The translations under genes and the position numbers were made by a program. Of a stretch of 37,484 nucleotides of DNA, positions 19,096-28,515 are shown one piece after another (the first letter of the stretch is position 1; each line of letters starts with the position of its first letter). The DNA is taken from the NCBI GenBank assembly GCA_963582255.1, contig CAUZRD010000001.1, forward strand, positions 1 to 37,484. The letters run 5' to 3'. This DNA comes from Alphaproteobacteria bacterium. GTDB lineage: Bacteria > Pseudomonadota > Alphaproteobacteria > Rhizobiales > TMED25. The notes below the pieces were generated by a model. That model was not told where the DNA came from, searched no databases, and saw only the letters and a list, made by a program, of their open reading frames with translations.

Positions 19096-21357
19096 TTGAG
19101 GATTCGCAGTGCAGGCGATCTGCTTCGCTTAGCCAGAATCAAGTTTAATATATCCGAACACACTCTCAAGCACGCCATACCCGGGCTGACACTTGTTTTT
19201 GCACTTGTATTCATCGCGGCGATGGCAGTGGATCGCCTAGCCGCTCATCGTCAGGCTCTCGATAGCGCTAGTGAAACCAATGGGTATATTGCAGATATTA
19301 CAGCGCAGAATCTTGATATTCGTGCCCTCGATAACAATCTGTTGCTATCCTTTAATGACAATGAGTTAGCGCGCGCGATCCCAACCAGCGCCCGAAACAA
19401 TGGGCGCTTGGTTCTGCTCTCAGACGGAACGGGCATCGTACGGGCAACATCTCCACGATCTTTATCTTATGCCAACAAATCGTTGATTTCGATCCTCGGA
19501 TCAAATCAGCCACTGACCATGCTGGGCGCAAGCGCTGGCGTTATAACAGTTGAGCTAACCGACGGCACCAGAGTACTCGCAACTGTTCGAAGCCTTGATC
19601 GTAGGCCCGGTCAGATAGCGGTAATTCAGACCATCGAAGATAGTTTGATCACTTGGCAGCGCAATACCTATGCTTTGACCACAGCCCTTTCGACCGCCAT
19701 CCTGGTGCTGTTTGTGATGGGTTTCGCATTCAAATTTCAAACGGTGCGCAGTGAAGTTGCGGAGGCAAGTCTATCGCGCGTTACCCAACGGCTTGACCGC
19801 GCCTTGATCAGGGGCCGCTGTGGTCTTTGGGACTGGGATATTTCACGCGGACAGATTTTCTGGTCACTATCGATGCTTGATATCCTTGGACGTAAAGATG
19901 GCAAACAACTAATGTCCTTTGGTCAGGTTGCCGACCTGATCCACCCAGAAGATGCCAACCTTTACGAGCTGGCAAACGCTCTGGCTAAGGGTGAACAGTC
20001 AATTGTAGATACCGAGTTTCGTATGCGCCATACTGATGGACACCATGTATGGGTGCGCGCACGCGCCGAAATGGCACACAATGAAGGAGACCCTGGACCG
20101 CGCCTGGTGGGCATCGCCGTCGACATCTCCGAGCAAAAGCAAGTAGCAGAGAAAACTCTGCGGGCAAATGAGCGACTGCGTGACGCAATCGAGAATATCT
20201 CTGAGGCATTTGTTTTGTGGGATTCAGACAACCGGCTGGTGATGTGTAATTCAAAATACCAGCAATTCCACAAGCTGCCTAACAACCTAGTTCTGGCTGG
20301 AACGCGATATGACGATGTGGTGAGAGCTTCCAAAGAGCCTTTGGTGCGTAAGCGCATCGATGTCGAAGAAACCACTACAGATGATGCTGTGACCTATGAA
20401 GCCCAACTCGGTGACCGGCGCTGGCTGCATATTTCCGAGCGGCGCACACACGATGGCGGATATGTTTCGGTTGGAACTGACATTACGTCGCACAAGCTAA
20501 ATGAAGCACGTTTAGTGAAGAGCGAGGGTGAGCTGATGAATACCGTCAGTGACCTTCAAACCTCACGGCGAACCCTAGAACATCAGGCGGAGCAACTGGT
20601 CGATCTGGCAGAAAAATATCAAAATGAAAAAACCAGGGCAGAAGAAGCCAATCAGTCAAAATCAGAATTCCTAGCAAATATGAGCCACGAGCTTCGCACT
20701 CCATTGAACGCCATTATCGGATTTTCTGAAATTATGCAGACTGGATTGTTTGGAGATCTTGGATCGGACAAGTACCGGGATTATGCACATGATATTCATG
20801 AAAGCGGTCAGCATCTTCTCGATGTGATCAATGACATTCTCGATATGTCAAAAATCGAAGCGGGACGGATGACCATCGAACGCAATGATCTTGATTTTAA
20901 TCAACTGGTCGATGACTGCATTCGCATCGTTGCGGCCAAGGCCACAGACAGCGGCGTTGATCTCATTAATGAGATCAGAAATTTAATCACAGTCAATGCG
21001 GACAAGAGAGCCCTGACGCAAATCCTGCTCAATCTTCTTTCAAATGCGATCAAGTTTACCGGCCGAGACGGGATTGTGACCATTCGCACCGTTGTTAAGG
21101 ATAAAACAATACAGATCGAGATTGTCGATACCGGGGTTGGTATTTCGCCTGAGCACCTTGAACAACTTGGGCAGCCGTTTGCGCAAGTTGAAAATCAACT
21201 AACCAAAAGCCATCGGGGCAGTGGTCTTGGGCTTGCTATCTCTCGCTCCTTGGTCGTGCTTCACGGCAGTGATCTTATCATCGAAAGTGCAATCGGGACT
21301 GGCACAACAGTGTCATTCACCCTACCAATTTCCGAAACCCTTGTGGGTGCCGGTTAG
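19096..21357 (+). CDS. PAS-domain sensor histidine kinase (two TM segments, PAS repeats, coiled coil, HisKA + HATPase_c)
   Basis: H-box MSHELRTPLNAIIGFSE, N-box LLNLLSNAIKFT, G-boxes DTGVGI and GSGLGLAISR. TM helices at about residues 28-46 and 192-212. Only a TTG (19096) keeps TM1 in frame, so the start is TTG or the protein is shorter. Confidence 0.88.
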   Translation: MRIRSAGDLLRLARIKFNISEHTLKHAIPGLTLVFALVFIAAMAVDRLAAHRQALDSASETNGYIADITAQNLDIRALDNNLLLSFNDNELARAIPTSARNNGRLVLLSDGTGIVRATSPRSLSYANKSLISILGSNQPLTMLGASAGVITVELTDGTRVLATVRSLDRRPGQIAVIQTIEDSLITWQRNTYALTTALSTAILVLFVMGFAFKFQTVRSEVAEASLSRVTQRLDRALIRGRCGLWDWDISRGQIFWSLSMLDILGRKDGKQLMSFGQVADLIHPEDANLYELANALAKGEQSIVDTEFRMRHTDGHHVWVRARAEMAHNEGDPGPRLVGIAVDISEQKQVAEKTLRANERLRDAIENISEAFVLWDSDNRLVMCNSKYQQFHKLPNNLVLAGTRYDDVVRASKEPLVRKRIDVEETTTDDAVTYEAQLGDRRWLHISERRTHDGGYVSVGTDITSHKLNEARLVKSEGELMNTVSDLQTSRRTLEHQAEQLVDLAEKYQNEKTRAEEANQSKSEFLANMSHELRTPLNAIIGFSEIMQTGLFGDLGSDKYRDYAHDIHESGQHLLDVINDILDMSKIEAGRMTIERNDLDFNQLVDDCIRIVAAKATDSGVDLINEIRNLITVNADKRALTQILLNLLSNAIKFTGRDGIVTIRTVVKDKTIQIEIVDTGVGISPEHLEQLGQPFAQVENQLTKSHRGSGLGLAISRSLVVLHGSDLIIESAIGTGTTVSFTLPISETLVGAG

Positions 21358-21451
21358 CACCGGACAACCTCCAGTCATCAAAAAAATACCCGTCCAGTAA
21401 GTCGAAGTATTCCGGCACGACATTAAGCAGGGGTTGATAAAACCGGAACGA

Positions 21452-22849
21452 TCACGGTGTTGGCAAGTTAATGACTATACGCAGTCCCGGCTCATTATCT
21501 TCAAGACGTATAGATCCCCCATGCAAGCGCAAAACCGCTGCAACCAAAGATAGGCCTAGACCACTACCAGGCTCGGTGCGACTTTGTTCCAATCGGACGA
21601 AGCGTGAAAATACTCTCTCTCGGTCATCGGGAATAATACCAGGACCATTGTCGGCCAAGATAATCTCCACACTCTGGTCTAATTGTTGAGCTGCGATACT
21701 GAAAGTCAGACCATTGGCCCTAGACCCATATTTTTCACACCCAGGCGCATATTTGATTGCATTGTCGATCAGATTTGCGAATGCTTGGCCCAAAAGTTGA
21801 CGATCTCCGTGAATGGCCAACTCTTTTTCGATGTCACATCTAAGCGTAATAGAGCGTTCCTCGGCCAGTGGCTCATAGAGTTCTACTGTGTCCGCCAGCA
21901 CTGCACTGAGCTCAACCGAGGCCATTTGATCACGCATGACGCTGGATTCTATACGGGCTATCGATAGCAGCGCATTAAAAATGCCCATCAACCGATCAAT
22001 ATCTTCCAAAGTCAACTCCAAAGCCTCGCGGTAGGAATCACTATCGCGGGGGAGGCGCACCACGTCTTCGATGCGGGCGCGCATACGCGACAGAGGCGTT
22101 CTTAGATCATGTGCGACATTGTCCGTTACCTGCCGGGAGATGGCCATTAATAGCTCAATCTCATCAAGCATGTCGTTGAGACTGCCGGATAGCTGATCAA
22201 TTTCATCATTTGAACCGATAACCGGGATACGCCGTGCCAGATCACCTGCAATGATAGTTCTGCTAGTATTGGTAATTTGCTCAATCCGAGCAAGAAAATT
22301 ACGACTGATGAGTAGCCCCCCACCCAGACCCAGTAGCAATGTCAGTGCCAATGCCCAGGCAAAAGTTGATCTAATTAAAATATTGAAATTCTGTAATGCA
22401 TCTATATCGCGGCCAACCAATAGGCGATATCCACCAGCGAGGCGAAAGCGTCTTGCAAGCGCTATATGCTCCCCATCCTCGACGTTTCCCGGGTCAACAA
22501 AAGCAAATTCAACCCAGTCAGAGCCTGTGCCTCCCGGCGGCATTCCTGGGATGTTTCCGGCCAGCCTGCGGCCGTCCCGCATGGTCAAGAGATAAACCCC
22601 GCCGGTTCGTGATGCCTGACTGCGTTGGGTCACGATTCGCACCAGCATTTTCAGCCCACCTGAGCGGTATTGCTCGGCTAACCCGGTGATCTCTGCATCG
22701 ATGGTTTCGTTGGTCTGGCGCGACAAGAGAACGGATGTATTCAGATAGACATAGGCAAGGATGGTTATCACCGACAACATGAACAGCGCCAGGTACACCA
22801 CCGAAAGGCGGAAGGTTGATGTTTTAAGTAGTCGCCTCAGTCTCGTCAC
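21452..22849 (-). CDS. sensor histidine kinase (two TM, HAMP, HisKA, HATPase_c), partner of the upstream OmpR-type regulator
   Basis: H-box NVAHDLRTPLSRM, N-box NLIDNAIKYA, DNGPGI, GSGLGLSLV. The GTG start at 22849 overlaps the regulator stop by 26 nt. Confidence 0.9.
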   Translation of the reverse strand: MTRLRRLLKTSTFRLSVVYLALFMLSVITILAYVYLNTSVLLSRQTNETIDAEITGLAEQYRSGGLKMLVRIVTQRSQASRTGGVYLLTMRDGRRLAGNIPGMPPGGTGSDWVEFAFVDPGNVEDGEHIALARRFRLAGGYRLLVGRDIDALQNFNILIRSTFAWALALTLLLGLGGGLLISRNFLARIEQITNTSRTIIAGDLARRIPVIGSNDEIDQLSGSLNDMLDEIELLMAISRQVTDNVAHDLRTPLSRMRARIEDVVRLPRDSDSYREALELTLEDIDRLMGIFNALLSIARIESSVMRDQMASVELSAVLADTVELYEPLAEERSITLRCDIEKELAIHGDRQLLGQAFANLIDNAIKYAPGCEKYGSRANGLTFSIAAQQLDQSVEIILADNGPGIIPDDRERVFSRFVRLEQSRTEPGSGLGLSLVAAVLRLHGGSIRLEDNEPGLRIVINLPTP

Positions 22850-23513
22850 GGATCATATATCCCGCACCTCTGACAGTATGCAGAAGCGCTGAGTGGAAGT
22901 CGCGGTCAATCTTCGCCCTAAGGCGGGAGATGTGAACATCTATAACATTTGTCTGAGGATCAAAATGATAATCCCAGACATTTTCTAGTAGCATGGTACG
23001 GGTAACCACTTGGCCTGCATGGCGCATGAGATACTCAAGAAGACGAAATTCTCGCGGTTGCAGATTAACCAATTTTCCAGAGCGCTGGACATTTCGCGAC
23101 AGTAGATCGATTTCAAGATCACCAACACTAAACTGGGTACAAGCCTGTTCAGGATGCCGGCGGCGGGTGAGCGCATCAATCCGAGCAAGCAACTCGGTAA
23201 AAGCATAGGGTTTAGTCAAATAATCATCACCACCGGCACGCAGGCCTTTGACGCGTTCATCTACATCACCAAGCGCGCTCAGTATCAGCACCGGCGTGAT
23301 ATTTCCTTCCTCGCGCAGGATGGAAATGATGCTAAGACCATCGCGCCTAGGCAGCATGCGATCTACAATCAGAGTATCAAACTCCTCATCACGGGCTATT
23401 TGCAGGCCGGCTTCGCCATCACCTTCAACAACCACCACATGACCAGCTTCACCAAGTCCTTTAAATATATATCTGGCGGCCTCATGATCGTCTTCGATTA
23501 TCAAAATCCGCAT
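22824..23513 (-). CDS. OmpR/PhoB-family response regulator
   Basis: Receiver domain MRILIIEDDHEAA...LIVDRMLP...DDYLTKPYAF, followed by a winged-helix output domain (REFRLLEYLMRHAGQVVTR...VDVHISRLRAKI). Confidence 0.94.
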   Translation of the reverse strand: MRILIIEDDHEAARYIFKGLGEAGHVVVVEGDGEAGLQIARDEEFDTLIVDRMLPRRDGLSIISILREEGNITPVLILSALGDVDERVKGLRAGGDDYLTKPYAFTELLARIDALTRRRHPEQACTQFSVGDLEIDLLSRNVQRSGKLVNLQPREFRLLEYLMRHAGQVVTRTMLLENVWDYHFDPQTNVIDVHISRLRAKIDRDFHSALLHTVRGAGYMIRDETEATT

Positions 23514-23626
23514 GTCATGTGCTCATTGTCTATTCGCTCTATCGCTTTTTAAAGAATATTATGGGGCAAGCAAAAACTGCTCACCCCATATTTAGAATTA
23601 CGCTTTTTTAGCATGCACGGCCACTA

Positions 23627-25198
23627 TCAGGTCTTAATGATCTTAAAGGTTATGAACTGCTGGCCTTTACGCGATCTAACTAGGGCCAGAACACTCGACA
23701 AACCATCATTACGTGCTTCTTGGAGAGCCTGATCCAGATCCTTCGGCGAATTTACCTCAATGCCGGCTAAACGTAAGATCTTATCACCTCGAACAATTCC
23801 CTTCGCACCTGCTTCGCTATCACGCTTTACTTCGGTGACGATAACACCTCGCGCCTTAGGATCTTCTTCCGATTGAGATGCCATCTCAACTTTGATACCG
23901 AGAGCCACCAGGTGCTTGAGTTCTGGTTTAACTTTACGGCTCTGCTTTAAACCAGAGTAACGAGGATTTTCCGGCTGCTCGCCAATTTCGATATTGATAG
24001 TCTGAGACTGTCGATCACGATGAATGAGTAGCTTAGCAGTATCACCAGGAGTAAATTCAGCCACGGTGCGCGCAAGATCACGCGGTGAGTGAACTTCATG
24101 ACCATTGACTTCAAGCACCACATCACCGAGCTTAATGGCGGCGATCTCGGCTGGGCTGTTGATAAAAATATCAGAGATAATCGTGCCAGACGGTGCGTCT
24201 AGGCCAACACTTTCAGCAATTTCCGGTGTCACCGTCTGGATCGATACGCCGAGCCAACCGCGCGTAATCTCACCATTTTCGATAAGTTGATCTATAATAC
24301 GATCGGCCAGCGAGGCCGGGATAGCAAAGCCGATACCAACATTACCACCATTTGGTGAATAGATCGCAGTATTAACACCAATGACTTCACCTTCAAGATT
24401 GAACGTCGGTCCGCCGGAATTTCCGCGGTTTACTGCCGCATCAATCTGGATGTAATCGTCATAGAGACTAGAGCCAATCACGCGACCTCTAGCTGAGACA
24501 ATTCCGGTGGTTACGGTGCCGCCAAGTCCGAATGGATTACCGACAGCCATGACCCATTCGCCAACCTCAGCCTCATGTTCGGTAAAATTTACATACGGCA
24601 GACTGTTATCAGTTTCGATTTTCAGAATGGCCAGATCAGTTCGTTCATCTGCGCCAATAAGCTTGGCTTTATATTTCTCTCCGTCTTCAGTTAATACAAT
24701 GATAGAACCTCCATCTTTGACCACATGATGATTTGTCACCACAAAACCGTCATCGGAGATGATAAAGCCAGATCCTTGCGACATCCGGGGGCGGGAGCGG
24801 GGCTTACTACCCTTTTTATCGCTATCTCCGCGGCGATTAAAACGCTCAATATTCTCTGGATTATCAAAAAAATGCTCAAAGAATTCACCGAACGGCCCTT
24901 CACGCGGGATCACATTCTTAAGATCATCGCCCGGACCTGCCCTACCGTGCACCTGAATAGCGACCACCGCAGGCGTTACTTTCTTGGCAAGCTGGGTGAA
25001 TGTCATCGGAGTTAGATTTTGACTGGAAATAAGGCTGGTTTTCGCATTAGCTGGTATTGAAACTTGCAACACCGCCAGTGCACCGCCCACACCTGCTATA
25101 AATGCAAGAATAAGTGCGATGGGTACCTTTCGCGAATGTCTAGTCGGCGCCGTGACTTCCAAATTGACCAGGTTCTTCCCATGGTTGAGTGGCTGCAT
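23627..25198 (-). CDS. degP: periplasmic serine endoprotease DegP/HtrA (Do family, two PDZ domains)
   Basis: Catalytic triad context TNHHVV, DLAILKI, GNSGGPTFN. N-terminal signal/anchor helix, and two PDZ-like C-terminal segments. Confidence 0.94.
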   Translation of the reverse strand: MQPLNHGKNLVNLEVTAPTRHSRKVPIALILAFIAGVGGALAVLQVSIPANAKTSLISSQNLTPMTFTQLAKKVTPAVVAIQVHGRAGPGDDLKNVIPREGPFGEFFEHFFDNPENIERFNRRGDSDKKGSKPRSRPRMSQGSGFIISDDGFVVTNHHVVKDGGSIIVLTEDGEKYKAKLIGADERTDLAILKIETDNSLPYVNFTEHEAEVGEWVMAVGNPFGLGGTVTTGIVSARGRVIGSSLYDDYIQIDAAVNRGNSGGPTFNLEGEVIGVNTAIYSPNGGNVGIGFAIPASLADRIIDQLIENGEITRGWLGVSIQTVTPEIAESVGLDAPSGTIISDIFINSPAEIAAIKLGDVVLEVNGHEVHSPRDLARTVAEFTPGDTAKLLIHRDRQSQTINIEIGEQPENPRYSGLKQSRKVKPELKHLVALGIKVEMASQSEEDPKARGVIVTEVKRDSEAGAKGIVRGDKILRLAGIEVNSPKDLDQALQEARNDGLSSVLALVRSRKGQQFITFKIIKT

Positions 25199-25462
25199 GT
25201 TAGAACTCCCCTCAAAAAAATTAAGTAAACAGACTTATCCCCCAATGTTGGGCAGAGAGTCTTTCACCACCATGTCGAAGACATTAAATCTTGGTAATAT
25301 TGAGCAAAGTGTGCTTCTGCATCTGAGCACAACTGTCCATTGGATCAATCTATCCATACGGTAAGTTTAGCTCCGCCATCGCCGCTAAACTTGCATTTTA
25401 TCGAGATCGGAATAATCACCTATTCCTGTCTGATTTAAACAGAAAAAGGCTCGCTGCCTAGT

Positions 25463-25936
25463 TTACTCAGACACGGAACCCAGGACTTTAGAAAGGCGCT
25501 GCTTTTCCTCCTGGCTCAAAGGTTCAGGGACAGCACCATAGGACTTGCGAAGAACGAAAAACACCGAGAAAATTCCGATCACTACAAACATCAATGGCCC
25601 CAGCCAAAGGAGCGCCGTATGCCATCCAAACCGCGGTTTTAAAAGCACAAACTCCCCATAGCGTGAGACCACAAAATCAACCACATCTTCATTGCTATCA
25701 CCGACGACCAATCGTTCGCGCACCAACAAGCGTAAATCACGCGCAAGCGGTGCATCTGAATCATCAATAGACTGATTTTGGCATACCAGACAGCGAAGTC
25801 CAGACGATACCGCACGAGCACGATTTTCCAACTTCATATCCTGGAGAATTTCATCCGGTTGAACAGCAGATGTTTGCTCGGGTAGAAGAAAAAAAACGCA
25901 TAAAAATACCATCATCAAGATGCGGCCAGACATCAT
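25463..25936 (-). CDS. ccmH: cytochrome c-type biogenesis protein CcmH (CycL)
   Basis: Signal peptide, then the LRCLVCQNQSIDDSDA (CxxC) motif, plus a C-terminal TM helix. The start overlaps the ccmF stop by 4 nt (ATGA). Confidence 0.92.
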   Translation of the reverse strand: MMSGRILMMVFLCVFFLLPEQTSAVQPDEILQDMKLENRARAVSSGLRCLVCQNQSIDDSDAPLARDLRLLVRERLVVGDSNEDVVDFVVSRYGEFVLLKPRFGWHTALLWLGPLMFVVIGIFSVFFVLRKSYGAVPEPLSQEEKQRLSKVLGSVSE

Positions 25937-27921
25937 GTGGTAGCCTTTTGTTGAACTTTTGAGTGCAATAGCGCGCGGCGCGGAGCACCAACACGAAGCC
26001 TGCGATCAGTAAGAGACAACAATCCCCCAAGCGCCATGATGCTAGCTCCAAACCAGATGAAGGGTACCAACGGATTGAACCAGAGGCGCACGGTGAGACC
26101 CCTAGGACCATCATCCCCAATCGCAACATAAAGGTCGCCGAAAAAGAATGAGATAATACCAGCCTCGGTGGTGGTCATACGCTGAACGTCGTAGAAACGC
26201 TTAGAGGATTCAAATGCTCCAATTAATTTACCCTCACGGACGACCTCAAAGATTGCCACTGTCTCATCATAGTTTGGACCGCGCCGAGGCACCAGGCCGT
26301 TATAAGTAACTGTGAAGTCCGCGATGACACTCTGATCACCAGGCTCCATTTCAAGAATCTGTTCTGTTTTCCATGCCGAAACACCAATAATACCAATCAC
26401 CAAAACACCAACTCCGGCATGCGCAAGGGTCGTTCCCCACTGAGACCGAGGTAGATTGGCGGCACGCCTCAACGTCTCGCCAAATGAGACCTGAAATGCT
26501 TTCACTCTCCAAAGTATTTCAGAAAAAGCACCGGCCACCAGCCACAGGCCAAGTCCGATGCCAATAGGGGCTAGATAAGGCCCATGACCATCCAATGCGG
26601 CATAGACCGAAATAGTACCGAATACCGCGATCGCAATAGCCACAAGCAAGCGCTCAGCAGTGCCGCGCAAATCAGCCCGTTTCCAGGTAAGAAATGGTCC
26701 GAACGGCGCGGCCAATAATATTGGCAGCATTATCGGTGCGAAAGTCATGTCAAAAAACGGTGCGCCGACAGATATCTTCTCACCGGTAATGGCTTCCAGA
26801 AACAACGGATAAAGAGTACCTATAAAGACAGCAGCGCAGGCAACGGTTAAGAACAGATTGTTGATGATTAACGCGCCCTCACGGCTGACTGGTGAGAACA
26901 TACCACCCGGTCGCAATGTCGGTGCCCGCCAGGCAAAAAGCACTAATGCACCGCCGATAAAAAACGTTAATATCGCTAATATAAAGACGCCTCGTTCTGG
27001 ATCAACGGCAAAAGCATGAACTGATGTTAAAACGCCAGAGCGAACTAAAAATGTCCCAATTAGGCTGAGAGAAAATGCAATAATCGCGAGTAATACAGTC
27101 CAGGCTTTAAGCGCGTCGCGCTTTTCAACTACGAGGGCTGAGTGCAAAAGCGCTGTTCCGGCTAGCCACGGCATGAAGCTCGCATTTTCTACCGGATCCC
27201 AAAACCACCATCCACCCCAGCCTAACTCATAATAGGCCCACCATGAGCCCATAGCGATGCCACATGTGAGAAATATCCAGGCAGCGAGCGTCCACGGGCG
27301 AACCCAGCGAGCCCAGGCAGCATCCACGCGCCCCTCGATCAGGGCAGCCACGGCGAAAGAAAATGCCATGGAGAACCCTACATAGCCTAGATAGAGAAAA
27401 GGTGGGTGAAATGCGAGACCGGGGTCTTGAAGAAGCGGATTAAGGTCCTTGCCATCAATCGGCGTAGGATTAAGGCGAATAAACGGGTTAGAGGTCACAA
27501 TAATAAATAGCAGAAAAGCAACGCCAATTGCGCCCTGCACCGCCAGAACCCGTGCGCGCAGAGAAGGGGCAAGATTCCTGCCAAAGGTTGCGACCAGGGC
27601 GCCAAAAAGAGCTAAAATCAGAACCCAAAGCAACATCGAGCCTTCATGATTGCCCCACACACCGCTCACCTTGTAGAGCATTGGCTTGGCTGAATGAGAA
27701 TTCATCCATACATTCTCTACCGAAAAATCGGAGGTCACATACGCATATGTTAAAGCGACAAAGGCGATGAGGATAAGAATGAACTGCCCGTTCGCCGCCG
27801 GCACCGCGCAGCGCATCATCGCGTGGTCGCCTCTGACAGCCCCCATCATCGGTACGCTGGCCTGGACCACCGCCAACGCCAAGGCCAGAAGTAATGAAAA
27901 ATGTCCGATTTCAGTGATCAT
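25933..27921 (-). CDS. ccmF: heme lyase CcmF (CycK)
   Basis: 662 aa polytopic protein with the WWD-type tryptophan-rich motif WGGWWFWDPVENASFMPW. Confidence 0.95.
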   Translation of the reverse strand: MITEIGHFSLLLALALAVVQASVPMMGAVRGDHAMMRCAVPAANGQFILILIAFVALTYAYVTSDFSVENVWMNSHSAKPMLYKVSGVWGNHEGSMLLWVLILALFGALVATFGRNLAPSLRARVLAVQGAIGVAFLLFIIVTSNPFIRLNPTPIDGKDLNPLLQDPGLAFHPPFLYLGYVGFSMAFSFAVAALIEGRVDAAWARWVRPWTLAAWIFLTCGIAMGSWWAYYELGWGGWWFWDPVENASFMPWLAGTALLHSALVVEKRDALKAWTVLLAIIAFSLSLIGTFLVRSGVLTSVHAFAVDPERGVFILAILTFFIGGALVLFAWRAPTLRPGGMFSPVSREGALIINNLFLTVACAAVFIGTLYPLFLEAITGEKISVGAPFFDMTFAPIMLPILLAAPFGPFLTWKRADLRGTAERLLVAIAIAVFGTISVYAALDGHGPYLAPIGIGLGLWLVAGAFSEILWRVKAFQVSFGETLRRAANLPRSQWGTTLAHAGVGVLVIGIIGVSAWKTEQILEMEPGDQSVIADFTVTYNGLVPRRGPNYDETVAIFEVVREGKLIGAFESSKRFYDVQRMTTTEAGIISFFFGDLYVAIGDDGPRGLTVRLWFNPLVPFIWFGASIMALGGLLSLTDRRLRVGAPRRALLHSKVQQKATT

Positions 27922-27960
27922 TGTATCAAACTGCGTTATCTTTCACGCTGATTCAAAAGA

Positions 27961-28395
27961 CTAGTTAGATTGCCAGACGCCTTTCTCCTTCAAGGCTTCG
28001 GCAACTTCCTTGGGCATATAGTTTTCATCATGCTTAGCAAGAATGGTGTCCGCCTTGAACCCACCAGCTCCATCGAACACTCCTTCGGCAACTACACCCT
28101 GCCCTTCGCGAAATAAATCGGGTAGAATACCAGTGTATGAGACCGACACTGTTTGGACGAGATCGGTCACATCAAATATGATTTTTTGTCCGGCGTAGCG
28201 GTCAAGTGAGCCTTCAGCTACCAATCCTCCAAGGCGCATTCGCTGACCGGGAGCTATCTTCTGTTCATCCAGATCGCTCGGTGCAACAAAATAGACAATC
28301 TGATTTTGCAGCGTAGTGATGACTAGCGTAGCGGACGCAGAAAGGACGAGGGCAGCAGCGATCAACAGAGAAATTCTGCGCTGTTTACGTGTCAT
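27961..28395 (-). CDS. ccmE: heme chaperone CcmE (CycJ)
   Basis: N-terminal anchor MTRKQRRISLLIAAALV and the heme-binding histidine context LAKHDENYMPKEV. ATG 28395 is preceded by GGAAGG 5 nt upstream. The track's longer start (28425) lacks this. Confidence 0.94.
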   Translation of the reverse strand: MTRKQRRISLLIAAALVLSASATLVITTLQNQIVYFVAPSDLDEQKIAPGQRMRLGGLVAEGSLDRYAGQKIIFDVTDLVQTVSVSYTGILPDLFREGQGVVAEGVFDGAGGFKADTILAKHDENYMPKEVAEALKEKGVWQSN

Positions 28396-28515
28396 CTTTA
28401 CCTTCCAATCTCCTATCACGTCCATTTAATAAAGCACGCAGATGTGCACGTACGTATATAATTACAAGTTGTTCGCATGAGAACATGGTGCAAGGATCTA
28501 CAGATCAACTTCAAA

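Noticed and set aside
21423-21437. CtrA-box-like TTAA-N7-TTGA.
   Set aside because: One half-site is imperfect. It also lies in the 94 bp gap between the 3' ends of two convergent kinase genes, where no promoter is expected.
23556-23592. Imperfect hairpin GGGGCAAGCA-aaaa-cTGCTCACCCC downstream of degP, as a rho-independent terminator.
   Set aside because: The stem has a 2-nt internal mismatch. No clean U-tract follows it on the degP (minus) strand. Too weak to list as a feature.
23591-23597. TTTAGAA, resembling half of an Irr ICE box (TTTAGAA-N3-TTCTAAA). A similar TTAGAAC occurs at about 34216.
   Set aside because: Only one half-site is present in each case. No matching inverted half lies at the right spacing.
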